Assembly (NCBI RefSeq): GCF_006345805.1
Contig: NC_043010.1
Coordinates: 46,438,001 to 46,502,000, forward strand
Direction of reading: 5' to 3'
Origin: Octopus sinensis
Lineage: Eukaryota
DNA length: 64,000 nt
The position numbers and the translations under genes were made by a program. The notes beneath the pieces are model-generated. The model made no database searches. It saw nothing but the letters and a program-made list of their open reading frames with translations, and was not told where the DNA came from. Positions 52,641 to 64,000 of this stretch are shown here, in pieces; the first letter of the stretch is position 1; every line of letters begins with the position of its first letter.

Positions 52641-53744
52641 AGTTATGTAATGTATGTAACACAAGTAGGTTTGGAACTTACATAGACACTCATCCTGCTC
52701 TAAATCCTGCTATGGTAATATTAAGAGAAACACAGGGACACAGTATATAAAAGATATTAGATCTTAATTTTGTGTGGTTTAAAACCATTTTGCAGAAAAA
52801 CAGTATTTATTACGTTATTGGTTGATTTGAACCTTGAATGTTAGTTTAATGTATCAGACACTCCCTCTGATTACTGCTGCAATCAATTTTCATCTCTCTG
52901 CTATTTATTGTGTTCTTAACACAGCAAGTCCTTAAGAAATATCACTTCCCTTCTTCTGATCACCTGATACAAGGCCACCTCCTCCAATACCCTACCATCA
53001 CCACCAAAGGATCTTTGTCATGCAAGTTACTTAGTGACCCCATCAATACTGGTGTCATGTAAAAAGCATCTGGTCCACACGGCAAAGTAATTGGCATCTG
53101 GAAGAGCATCCAGCTGTAAGAACCATGCCAAAACAGATCTTGCCAGTGCTAGTGCCACATAAAAAGCACTCAGTCCACTCTGTGGGTTGGTTGGTGTTAG
53201 GAAGGGCATCCAGCCATAAGAACCCTGCCAAAATTGACACTGAATCTTGGTGCAGTCTTCTGCCTAGCCAGCTCCTGTCAAATCATCCAACCCATGCCAG
53301 CATGGAAAACAGACATTAAATGATGATGATGACAAACACCGTTGGAACTGTCTAATCAACAGCTTGTATACATTATGTATGTTGCATTGGAGGTTATTTT
53401 TCATTGAAGTTTTTCATCCTTTAGAATCAAAATGGTTAGGCAGATAAAACAGTGATCCATGGGTCATGAGTTACATATTAACTGCTAGTATTTTGTTGTG
53501 TCTCTGGGCAAAACAAATTTTATTTTTCTGTGTACCTCAATCCATCTATGAACACCCTGTCATCATATAAGGGAGAAGTTGTTCTGCTGTGACGCACACA
53601 ACTGCAACTATCATATTTGCATTCGAATCTGCTGGAACGCATTAAGAATAAATATGCTAATATCATTTTTCAGCTCATCTAGCTGCTGGGAATAGACACT
53701 GCAGCTTCTAAGAAGATTACCTGTGATAGACTAATGTCCTCCTC

Positions 53745-54070
53745 ATCATCATCATTATCGTTTAATGTCCGCTTTCCATGCTAGCATGGGTTGGACGGTT
53801 CAACTGGGGTCTGGGAAGCCCGAAGGCTGCATCAGGCCAGTCAGATCTGGCAGTGTTTCTACAGCTGGATGCCCTTCCTAACGCCAACCACTCCGAGAGT
53901 GTAGTGGGTGATTTTATGTGCCACCGACACAGGTGCCAGACGAGGCTGGCGAACGGCCACACTCGGATGGTGTTTTTTACGTGCCACCGGCATGGATGCC
54001 AGTCAATGCGGTACTGGCTACGGCCACATTCGGATGGTTTTCGTATGTGCTACCGGCACTGGTACCACAA
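53745..54070 (-). mobile_element. RTE 3'-UTR/tail module, inverted relative to the + copies at 53050-53332
   Basis: CATCATCATTATCGTTTAATGTCCGCTTTCCATGCTAGCATGGGTTGGACGG...CTGGATGCCCTTCCTAACGCCAACCAC. Confidence 0.8.
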
Positions 54071-54408
54071 AGCTACAAATTCCATTCATCGAGTTTGCTT
54101 TTGATTTTGTCCATTTTTTTGTCCTCTACACAACAAACTGCCTCTGGCATCTTTTTAATGCTGCAGAATCTGGAAAAAAAAGTACCAATTCAGTGGATCA
54201 TGCACTTTCATGAGAAAATTATTAAAAGTTTTATAGGTCAAAGCATGCCCAAGTGGTTAAGAAGCTTGCTTTGCAGCCACAAGGTTCCAGGTTCAGTCCC
54301 ATTATGTGACAACTTGGGGACTTCTTCTACAGCCTCAGGCCAACCAGTGCCTTGTGAGGGAATTTGTAGACAGAAGCTGTAGAAGCCCATCAAACACACA
54401 TGCGCGCG

Positions 54409-54439
<31 letters not shown>

Positions 54440-54448
<9 letters not shown>

Positions 54449-54940
54449 CATACGCACACAACTGGATGTCAGCATAAAGCTGAAGATCAGTGAAAAAGAG
54501 GATACTTATGCTGAACTATTAAAAAATCTGCAGTTACTCTATCCAGATTACAAGTCTGGGTTTACACCTGTAATTATTGGGGCACTGGGATATGTAGCAC
54601 ACTGTCTAAATGCCAATCTTGAGAAATTAGGCTTCTCAAAACCAGAAAGGAGAAAGCTAACTTGAAGACTACAGATCCAAGCCACCACTAGAACTGTAAA
54701 AATCTGTAAAATTTTCCAGTTTATCGTTTAAGTATATATGGGCATGTCTAGACATGCAATTATATACATGAGAAGATATACATAAACTAAAACATACAAA
54801 TCTGCACATATACATACATACATACAAAAATACTCTGTTGTTGATGTTGAAATACCAATGAAGGAGCCTTGATCTAGATTAGAAACTCGATTGGCAAGAA
54901 ATCTTGAAATAAAACTGAATAATGACATAAATACATGACA
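54440..54940 (+). mobile_element. 3' fragment of a second RLE-type non-LTR retrotransposon, abutting a (CA)n tract
   Basis: KLKISEKEDTYAELLKNLQLLYPDYKSGFTPVIIGALGYV...LEKLGFS is an RLE C-terminus, followed by a 3' UTR-like segment. Confidence 0.7.
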
Positions 54941-55659
54941 GCTGTCCACTTGTGACCAAGGAAGACCATCACTGACCATTTCCTGTGCATGAGGTTATTG
55001 CACCTGTGGTCAGCTTCACTCAAGTTCATGCCCGTGGTTTCCATGCTTACCACAGTACCCTTCTACTCAACCAGACATCAGAAAGTCACTTCACTGCCGA
55101 TTACACCACTTAAAATTTTAGGTCCTGTAAGGTTTGCACAACATCTTACAGACCCTCTCCACCCTAATGACATGATCCAGTGAACAGCCAAGGCAAGATA
55201 CCTTGTGTCAATATGGGTTGCAAGCTCAGGAATGTGAGAGTACCATGAGCTCAAGCACAAGCAGAAGATCCCCAAAATGTTCAGTATCATTCCCTGTATA
55301 TTTGGTTTTATGTCAGAATGATTTTCTCCTAGAGACATGCTATAACAAAAACTGAGGAGTGCCTCAGACACCAACCCAGAATTTCTGAAGGTCCATGCTA
55401 TTGCTAGATAGTTGTTGAACCTACACTAGGTTCATCTGTCCTTTTGATGGGCCTTGTTTTTAGTCCTGCTGAGTTTCTAGCAACCCTTCTCATCAGGTAA
55501 ACCTAATGCAGGTGCTAGTTTAGTCACCAACAACCTGACCATGCAACAGGTTGTACTGGATCTCATGTAACCAGTAGTACTCATGAGAGACATGGCAAGT
55601 GACCTGACACGTAATTACACATATATACATATAGGCACATGTACATTGTGGTAAGTAGG

Positions 55660-56025
55660 TGCAGGAGTGGCTGTGTGATAAGTAGCTTGCTTACCAACCA
55701 CATGGTTCTGGGTTCAGTTCCACTGCATGGCATCTTAAGCAAATGTCTTCTACTATAGCCTCAGGCCTACCAAAGCCTTGTGAGTGGGTTTGGTAGAGGG
55801 AAACTGAAAGAAACCCGTTGTATATATGTATGTGTTTATCCTCCCCGACATCGCTTGACAACCGATGCTGGTGTATTTACGTCCCTGTAACTTAACGGTT
55901 CGGCAAAAGAGACCAATAGAATAAGTACTAGACTTACAAAGAATAAGTCCTGGGGTCGATTTCTTTGACTAAAGGCGGTGCTCCAGCATGGCTGCAGTCA
56001 GATGACTGAAACAAGTAAAAGAGTA
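55660..56025 (+). mobile_element. Abundant composite SINE (tRNA head, CORE-like CCTTGGGCAAGTGTCTT block, central microsatellite), best full copy
   Basis: GGCTGTGTG...GGTTCAGTTCCACTG...TCTTCTACTATAGCC...GAAACTGAAAGAA...GCTCCAGCATGGC...ACTGAAACAAGTAAA. Other + copies at about 6800, 23340, 25988, 35470, 37540, 46890, 49745 and 54240. Confidence 0.85.
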
Positions 56026-56761
56026 TGTGTGTCTTTGTGTATGCATCTCCATCACCACTTTGGCAACTAGTGTTGGTTTATTTACATTCCTGTAACTTAG
56101 TGGTTTCAGGAAAGGGATCAGTAGATTAGGTACCAGATTTTAAGAAAAGTAGTAGTGGTCTAGATTTGTTCAGCTAGACCAGATAAGGTGGTGCTCCAGC
56201 ATGGCCGCAGTCCAATGACTGAAACAAGTATAAGAAAAAATATTCATTATAGAACTCTGAGTAGTGATATTAAATTACTCTATATGTACAAGATGTATTC
56301 ATTCATCATTTTAGTAATTTTTTCTGTATGAGTATTAGTTTTCAGATTGTCCAGTGATATTCATATCAGTGATTGTAAGTGTTACTAAGAAGTTTACTCC
56401 ACAATTTTGTGGTTCTGGGTTCAACCTTGCACCATAACCTTTGGTCAAACTAAGCTTCAGGAGTGCCCATTTTAACCTGTAAAGGTCATTCTCTTGTAAG
56501 CTTTTGGACCAGGTCTCCAATGTAAGGAAAACCCAGTATCTTGAGTTGTGTTACTGCTCATTACAGTGAGCCCTGCATTGTGGCTTATACTCACCACTTT
56601 CCTCTCCAAGTCTCAGTCCCTGCAAAAAAACCATGGACAATGCCCTTCCTCCACTGATTAAAGAAAAACAAAAGTATGAAAAAACAGCTTTTGACAACAT
56701 TCATAATGGATAGATTACACATTTCAAATGTTGTGTCTAAATTTTGTTGGCCATAGCAATA

Positions 56762-56798
<37 letters not shown>

Positions 56799-57412
56799 GG
56801 CAGCAAGCTCGCAGAATCATTAGCACAATGGGTGAAATGCTTAGCAGTATTTTGTCTGCCACTTCATTCTGAGTTCAAATTCCGCCAAGGTCAACTTTGC
56901 ATTTCATCCTTTCGGGGTTGATGTAATCAACTGGTCTCCTCACCCTAAAATTTCAAAACCTTGTGACCTCAGTAGAAAGGATTATTATTATTATTATTAT
57001 TATTATTAAGTTGGTGAGCTAGCAGCATTTCACCCTTCCCTATGTTCTGAGTTCAAATTCTGCCAAGGTCAACTTTGCCTTTCATCTTTCAGGGTCGATA
57101 AAATAAGTAGCAGTTGAACACTTTGGTCAATGTAATCAACTCATGCCCTCCCACCAAAATTGCTCCCCTTGTGGCAAAATTTGTAACTATTATTATTATT
57201 AAGGTAGTGAGCTGGCAGAATTATCAGCATGCTGTCAAATTGCTTAAAGGCATTGCATCTATCTTTGTTCTGAGTTCAAATTCCACCAAGGTCAACTTTG
57301 CCTTTCATCCTTTTCAGGTTGATTAAATAAGTATCAGTTATGCACTGGGGGTCGATGTAATCGACTAACCCCCTACCACCAAATTTCAGGCCTTGTGCCT
57401 ATAGTAGAAAGG
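56799..57412 (+). mobile_element. Three head-to-tail copies of the same SINE, each between (ATT)n runs
   Basis: Units at about 56799-56981, 57011-57190 and 57203-57412, each preceded by (ATT)nAAG. Confidence 0.9.
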
Positions 57413-57427
57413 ATTATTATTATTATT

Positions 57428-57458
<31 letters not shown>

Positions 57459-57477
57459 TATTATTATTATTATTATT

Positions 57478-58537
57478 TACTTTTAATCTGCATATTTGTT
57501 GCAATCACTTGCCAAGACTCACCCAGTGTCTTAGTATTAGTTAAGATGTTGCACAGTATCTAATATCATGATGTTGATTCATGATATTGTGTCTACCGCA
57601 GGTTTGTACTATCTGTCAAGTCATCTCAGACAGTTCATTATGCAATATGCATGCAGTTCCAAGTAATGCTGATTTTTGCAATATGCCTAGATTGTAGGGT
57701 ATTTCTAAAGTTTTCAGATGTTTTTTCACACTGGGTGGTATTGAACCCAATGATCTGATGACAATAGGGATGACCTTTATGTTTGACTCTCGTAGCTGCC
57801 ACATTTTGGCAATCTCAATTCTCAGGTCTCCATATTTATCAATCTTTTCTCTTTCTTTCATGATAGTATGTTGATCTCCTGGCACAACCACGTCAATTAT
57901 TAGGCACTCTTGTTTGTCCCTCCTAAAGGTTACTATATCCTGTCAAAGTCCCAGAGGATTTTTGCCTTCCCTTTTTTGTCTTTTACTTTTCCCAGTGTAT
58001 GTTGTTACCAAGCACCTGTTACCTCATATCCATATTTCTGGCATAGTAGCCAGTGAAGGTTTTGGGCTACCTTGTTGAGTCTGCACTTGTATTCTTTCTG
58101 TGCAAGACTTTCATAAGCACTAACAATGTGAGTCATGCTTTCGACCCTCCTCCCACACATCTAGCAGAGGTTCATTGCACTTGTGTGGTATATATCCCTT
58201 TTCATTGAGTTGGTATTCAATGCCTGGTCCTGAGCAGCAATGATTAGGCTTTCAGTATTCTTTTTTAGGTCACCCTTGCTGAGCCACCTCCTTGACACTT
58301 CCTGGTCTTTTAAGTTGTTAATTTCACTGTGGAACTGACCATGTAATTCCATGTGGAGTAGGGTTTCTTCTCTCTTGTTGGCTGTTCGTGATTAGTATTC
58401 ACGAGCACTCTCAAGTCCAATTTTGGTAAACCCTTCTGCATTAGCAGCATACTGTAGCTGGTCTCGTTTGCTGTTTACCAAATGTTTTGCCATGTTTCTT
58501 CTTTCACTGTCAATGCACTCCTGTACGCTAATCAGTC
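57478..58537 (-). mobile_element. 5'-truncated R4/Dong-like RLE non-LTR retrotransposon
   Basis: LISVQECIDSE...ELHGQF...WLSKGDLKKNTESLIIAAQDQALNT, degenerate CCHC knuckle, then VVPGDQH...KEREKIDKYGDLRIEIAKMW...VIPIVIRSLGSIP...LQKSALLGTACIL. 3' UTR runs into (AAT)n. Stops and frameshifts present. Confidence 0.9.
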
Positions 58538-60060
58538 AAAGTTTAAATGAGATATTGTAGGATCAAGTATGACAATAGTCACTGTTGTGTGTTTCTTGGA
58601 GTTAGTTATGCTGTATTCTCATTGTCATCACCACTAATGACAATGGTGTAATAGACACTGCTCTGCTACCTTCCATTAGTGGCTAAAATGTGTTAAATAT
58701 AGAGCCAACGTCTTTTTCAGAAAAAGCTTGCTGAAGATGAAATTTTTTATTAGATTTGGTTCCACCAGAAGTCTTAGATGGTCAGATTTTTTTGGGGGGT
58801 GGGGGGTTATGATATCAGTAATATTTGAGCAAATCACATTTGATTTACTTAGTTGGGTTTTTTTTTTATGTTTTCGTTTGTTTTGTTTTTTTATTCATCA
58901 GATACAGTGATCTGCGTTTGATTTGTATGTTTTGACATTGCCAAATATTCCTGCTACATATCCTTAACACCAAGAACATAATGCAATGCATTATTACACA
59001 GTTTAGACTAAGCTATACTGTTCCAAATACAAAGTATGAGGCTCAGTGCCACACAACACTTATAAGACCATTGGCATTTTGAAATGTTCCACTAATCTGT
59101 TGGCTACTATTTTAGACTATGCTGTATTACGTAATCTAACATATTTTCCTTATACCATTTTACATAAGAATACCAAGTAAATGTGTGTTTTCTATCAATA
59201 ATCTCTGTAATTTCTGGGTCATACTCTTCAACTCTAAAAGGAAGAAGAAAGAAAGATAGAAAAAGCAGAACAGTTCATTTATTCAACTCTTGTTTACAAG
59301 TTGTTTTTCCAACACGCATTTAACATTCTAAACTAAATACATGTTACTTATGTTTTCAATTAATTTAAATATAATTAATTAGAAAGTTATGTACACCATT
59401 TAAAGAAAATAATAATAATAAAAAAGAACTTCCTGTGTAGCTCTGAGAGTGGAATGCCTTATAATATGGTATGTAGAATTCAGGGAGCTTTGTTGTAGAT
59501 TCAGATAGCTGTTATTTTAAACTACTTTTTTCATTCATTCATATTTTCTGTTATCCATTCAGCTTCTTCAAGTTAACTAGAAAGCAAAAAGTGGAAATCT
59601 GTTATTGTTGAACACAATACACCTTTTATTAATATATTTATAAACAAAATAAAATTCTTATCTCAAAGAGAATGTTAAAATATATGCATTAATTAGACTA
59701 CACTGAGGAACAAATTAAGAAAAGCTTTTTGGAGCTTCAGATGTTAGACCCAATTCTAGGTATATTTATGTCAGTGAATAAGAAAGTGAGCTTCATTTTT
59801 TTCTAGCAGCTCTAGTTTTTGAGATAATGCACTTATCATTAAACGCAACAAATATGGATCAATCCTGACAAGTCACTCAACTAAGAACTGAGCAGCAGGA
59901 AATAGTCATCCTGGTCACAATTACCAGTGACTAATGTGTGGATCTTAAGATGGTGAACTTTCTCCTGGGTCACCAGAGTGGATACACCAAGCTTCCCTGC
60001 TCTAGCTGTTTCTGGAATAGTAGATCTAAGGATGAACACTGAGTGGAGGGCTTTGCTGAT

Positions 60061-60362
60061 ACAATTACAAATGGGGTATGTAGCTAATACCCATCCGTCC
60101 ATTTTTTTTTTCACCCCCTATTCCTGGCAGGGTCATGGGGTAGAACCCTCAAGCACCTTCTCCATAGGGTCCTATCAGAAGCAACTGTCATTAGATTTTC
60201 CAGCTGGATTCCCAAGCATGACCAACTGAGATTATGGATAATATCCAACCACCTAATCGTTAGTCTACCCCTAGATCTCCTACCAGTTGATTCAGCTTGA
60301 AGAATCTGTCTTGCAATTCTTTCCTGCAATATTTCATCATATGGCTGTAGTATAAGAACCAT
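60061..60362 (-). mobile_element. RTE-clade LINE 3' fragment
   Basis: ERIARQILQAESTGRRSRGRLTIRWLDII...SDRTLWRR is an RTE ORF C-terminus, followed by A-run and GGAT repeats. Confidence 0.8.
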
Positions 60363-60369
60363 AACCTCT

Positions 60370-61030
60370 CAATGTGGAGAAATAGCAAATGAGAAACCAA
60401 TGGCCTCTTAAGAGAATACATAGTCATTGGAGAAAAGAATGTAATTTCAGAACCCTTGGTTGATGGAGATAAGATCATTTTGCTACCACTTCAAATTGAA
60501 TTGGGTTTAATGAAATAGTTCATTAAAGCTTTGAACGAAGGCAGGGATTGCTTTGACTACATATGCAGAAAATTTCCAGTGCTGAGCTGAAGACAGGTAT
60601 TTTTGATGAGCCACAAGCAAGGGAACTCATGAAAGATCCACACTTCCAAGATTCAATGAGCAATGCTGAGGCACATGCATGGTCTTCATTCACTCTGGTT
60701 GTAAGAAATTCTCTTGGAAATCATAAAGGAAATAACTACTCTGAACTAGTGGAGAATATTCTCTTTTCTTTCTGTCAACTTTGCTGTAATATAAGAATTA
60801 GAGTGCTTTACTTCCAAAGCCACTGGGATCATTTCTTAACCTTGGTAACCTAAGTGATGAGCAGTGTGAACAACTCTACAAAAATTTAACAACTATAGAA
60901 GAAAGATACCGGGGATAGTGGGATACCCATATGATGGTGGATTACTGCTGGACCATTCAACAGGATTGTTATGGGGGCAGCTCATTACAAAAAACCTCTG
61001 AAATGCCACTTTCATGAGATGTAAATGAAC
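60370..61030 (+). mobile_element. DNA transposase relic, Chapaev3 (CMC)-like
   Basis: KNVISEPLVDGDKIILLPLQIELGLMK...GIFDEPQARELMKD...AWSSFTLVVRNSLGNHK...NYSELVEN...SHWDHF..NLGNLSDEQCEQ...IEERYRG*WDTHMMVDYCWT. Superfamily assigned from recalled motifs; frameshifted. Confidence 0.75.
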
Positions 61031-61218
61031 ATTATATTAATTATTTTCTATGCTTGTTTCACTATTAACCAATTTTATAGATGTAGTTTAATCGTAAATA
61101 ACCATATTCTTGTATGAAACATTTTTTAAATTTTATTTTATCCAAGCGGTAACAATAATGATTTGTAGTCATCAATCTTTGTGCTTGATTGATAGGCTGC
61201 ATAGTAATTAGAGGCATA

Positions 61219-61345
61219 ACAATTACAAATGGGGTATGTAGCTAATACCCATCCATCCATTTTTTCACCCCTATTCCTGGTAGGGTCATGGGTGTAGAGC
61301 CATAAGAAGCAACTGTCATTAGACTTTCCAGCAAGATTCCAAGGA
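61219..61345 (-). mobile_element. Second, shorter copy of the same RTE 3' end
   Basis: Direct repeat of 60061-60215 with an internal deletion. Confidence 0.75.
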
Positions 61346-62203
61346 ACTGATGGAGAATAAACTGAAGGTATATTTAGAATCAGTATCCAAAAGTTACCTC
61401 AAAATAAGTTTAATATCTTGGGTACCAAGTTCTGTGTTCCCCCCATCACATCATTTGTGTTTCTACTTACCCCATATGTCAATCTGCATAATCTCCACTC
61501 GCCTTTGAGTGCCATCTTGAATGCATGCATACATGTACACACACACACAATATATATACATATCAGTTAAGAGAAATTTTCAGGTGTAATATATACCGGT
61601 CAAAATTCAGATATATTTATAATAATAATAATGAAATTATTGTATACAGTGCTCAGGTGTACCACAACTTGTCAGAAAGTGTGTATAGAGTATATGCAGT
61701 AATGTACAAATGTCTGGAAAGTGAACAGTGTATGAGTCAGATATATGCTTGCGTGTGTATGGAGGGGGGAAAATCAGGTGTAGTGTTGGCGAATCTCAGA
61801 AAGCATGGAAGTTTTGAAGGATGCAGTGCTCCGACAACTAACTACTGATGCCGGCAGTTATGAGCCTAATGAATACATATTAATTTAGAAATGACTCATC
61901 TCAGAAGTACAAACATTGGATGTGTTTGCAATTTCATATATGTATGTATGTGTTATGTATATGAATATAATCATTAAGAGTTGAGTGAACTCAGACTATA
62001 ATAAATTCAGACACATGTCGAGTGGCTGTTGTGCTATCATTTCACATAATAATTGTCACAACCCTCATCAATATCAATCAATATGATTGTCTTTATGATC
62101 ATCATCATGATCAACAATATTGTTATCAATGGAATGTGGACTTCACAAGCCACTGTGCTAACAAACACTCTAGGCAAGAATATATTGAGGCCAGCCCTTA
62201 TAT

Positions 62204-62431
62204 CTATTTCTTTATTACCCACAAGGGGCTAAACACAGAGGGAACAAACAAGGACAGACATAGGTATTAAGTCGATTACATCGACGCCAGTTCGTAACTG
62301 GTACTTAATTTATCGACCCCGAAAGGATGAAAGGCAAAGTTGACCCCGGCGGAATTTGAACTCACAACGTAACGCAGACGAAATACCGCTAAGCATTTCG
62401 CCCGGCGTGCTAACGTTTCTGCCAGCTCGCC
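62204..62431 (-). mobile_element. tRNA-derived SINE (TAAAGAAATAG-tail subfamily)
   Basis: Reverse complement of the 42054 element. Confidence 0.9.
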
Positions 62432-63045
62432 GGTCCAATAATGGTGATCTGCCCTCAACCTTTCCATTGTTTCAATGACAAGACATTAAGACAAAATAAT
62501 ATCTGAATGTGAAATAATAGACTGATAATTGAATTTTTGTCTTGACGGAATCACATCCATATTGAATTAATTATTCATGTTTTCTGTTATTCAGTTTTTT
62601 TCAGGTAAACTAGAAACTAGAAAATTTATTATTGCTTAACAGAATTCAGTTTTTATTAGTATGTTTTGTAAGAAAAATAAATATTAAAATATGTTAGGTG
62701 TTAGGAAGGGCATCCAGCCATAGAAACCATGCCAAATCAGACTGGAACCTGGTGCAGCTCTCTGCATGCTAGCGTGGAAAGCTGACATTAAATGATGATG
62801 ATAATGCATTAATTAAGCTGTTAATCATATCATCTGGCACCTGTGCCAGTGGAACATGAACAAAACATTCGAGCAAGGTCATTGCCAGTGCCGCTGGACT
62901 GACTCCTGTGCATGTGGTACGTAAAAAACACCATTTGAGCATGGCCATTGCCAGTACCGCCAGACTGGCCCTCGTGCCGGTGACATGTAAAAGCACCCAC
63001 TACACTTTCAGAAAGGTATCCAGCTGTAGAAACTCTGCCAGATCA

Positions 63046-63293
63046 GATTGGAGCCTGGTACAGCCATCTGGTTCACCAGTCCTCAGTCAAATCGTCCAAC
63101 CCATGCTAGCATGGAAAGCGGACGTTAAACGATGATGACGATGATGATGATGATAATGATGATGATGATGACGACGCCGACGCCGTCATCATCATCATCA
63201 TCATCATCGTTTAACGTCCGCTTTCCATGCTAGCATGGGTTGGACGATTTGACTGAGGACTGGTGAACCAGATGGCTGCACCAGGCTCCAATC
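63046..63293. repeat. Near-perfect tail-to-tail inverted duplication
   Basis: 63046-63130 pairs with 63209-63293 at 84/85; (GAT)n/(ATC)n extend the stem. Confidence 0.97.
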
Positions 63294-63493
63294 CGATGAC
63301 GACGACGATGTGTATAAGCATTAATTTATGTGTATGTGTAGTCAGACTTGAACTTTCAAAGATTTATTGCAACAGCTTCAATGTACTTATTATCCACAAG
63401 TTCAGAATATAATTAAGTCAGGCACATGACTAGTAAATGTTGTTATAACACCATTTCACATAATTGTCACAATACTCATCAATATCAATTGAT

Positions 63494-63702
63494 GGCAAGC
63501 TGAGAGAATTATTAACATGCCAGGCACAATGGTTAGTAGCATTTTGTCCATCTTTACATTCTGAGTACAAATGCCATCAAGGTCAACTTTGCCTTTCATC
63601 CTTTCAGGGTTGATAATATAAGTACCAGTTGATTACTGGAGTTGATGTAATCGATTTACCCCCATCCTCAGAATCACTGGCCTTGTGCCAAAATTTGGAA
63701 TG
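63494..63702 (+). mobile_element. tRNA-derived SINE, diverged
   Basis: GGTCAACTTTGCCTTTCATCCTTTCAGGGTTGATAA...GTACCAGTTG...GGCCTTGTGCC. Confidence 0.8.
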
Positions 63703-64000
63703 AACAGCATTGTCTTTATAAGGATCATCATTGGAATTGTCATTGTTTTGTTGTCAATGGGATGTGGACTTCACAAGCCACTATGCAAGCAACCTCTCTC
63801 TAAAGAGTAACTGACTGAGGTCAAATGCTTATGATACCCATGATGTGTATAATACATATATCCTGGAAAATAACTTTCCAAATATAAGACAGATCACATA
63901 TTACTAATGAAAACAATTTTAAAATTAACAATTTTGTAAGGATTTAACTATAAGACACCCTTCTTCTCACCTTTTTTGTAAGAACACCTTTTGAAATAAT

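Noticed and set aside
56761-57477. Regularly spaced repeats superficially like a CRISPR array
   Set aside because: Eukaryotic SINE units of about 200 nt separated by microsatellites; no spacer structure and no cas genes.
50814-64000. Search for neuralized NHR2/RING exons
   Set aside because: No matching frame seen; they probably lie beyond the window.

Overview
AT-rich, repeat-dense metazoan genomic DNA. The SINE/MITE/LINE repertoire and microsatellites look like an octopus (coleoid cephalopod); this is pattern recognition, not a database result. The only firmly recognisable host gene is neuralized (Notch-ligand E3 ligase) on the + strand. A 495-nt phase 1-1 exon (50319-50813) encodes its first NHR domain; NHR2 and RING exons are not seen in the window. 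Two upstream + strand candidate exons start Met-Gly and end in phase-1 donors compatible with that exon (20641-20701 and 43737-43980), suggesting alternative N-termini. A CpG-retaining promoter-like island lies at about 40.9-42.3 kb. The rest is intronic/intergenic DNA with tRNA-derived SINEs, piggyBac- and hAT-type MITEs, and relics of DD37D mariner, Chapaev3-like, R4/Dong-like and RTE elements. There is also a tandem pair of decayed tRNA-Asn copies and three long fold-backs (about 3.2-3.6, 14.2-14.5 and 63.0-63.3 kb). No CRISPR array, rRNA or intact tRNA gene was found. I cannot claim a new biological system with confidence; the best leads are the Neuralized N-terminal switch and the fold-backs with strand-biased mismatches. 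All alignments and counts were done by eye; repeat boundaries are approximate unless fixed by a TSD or splice site.
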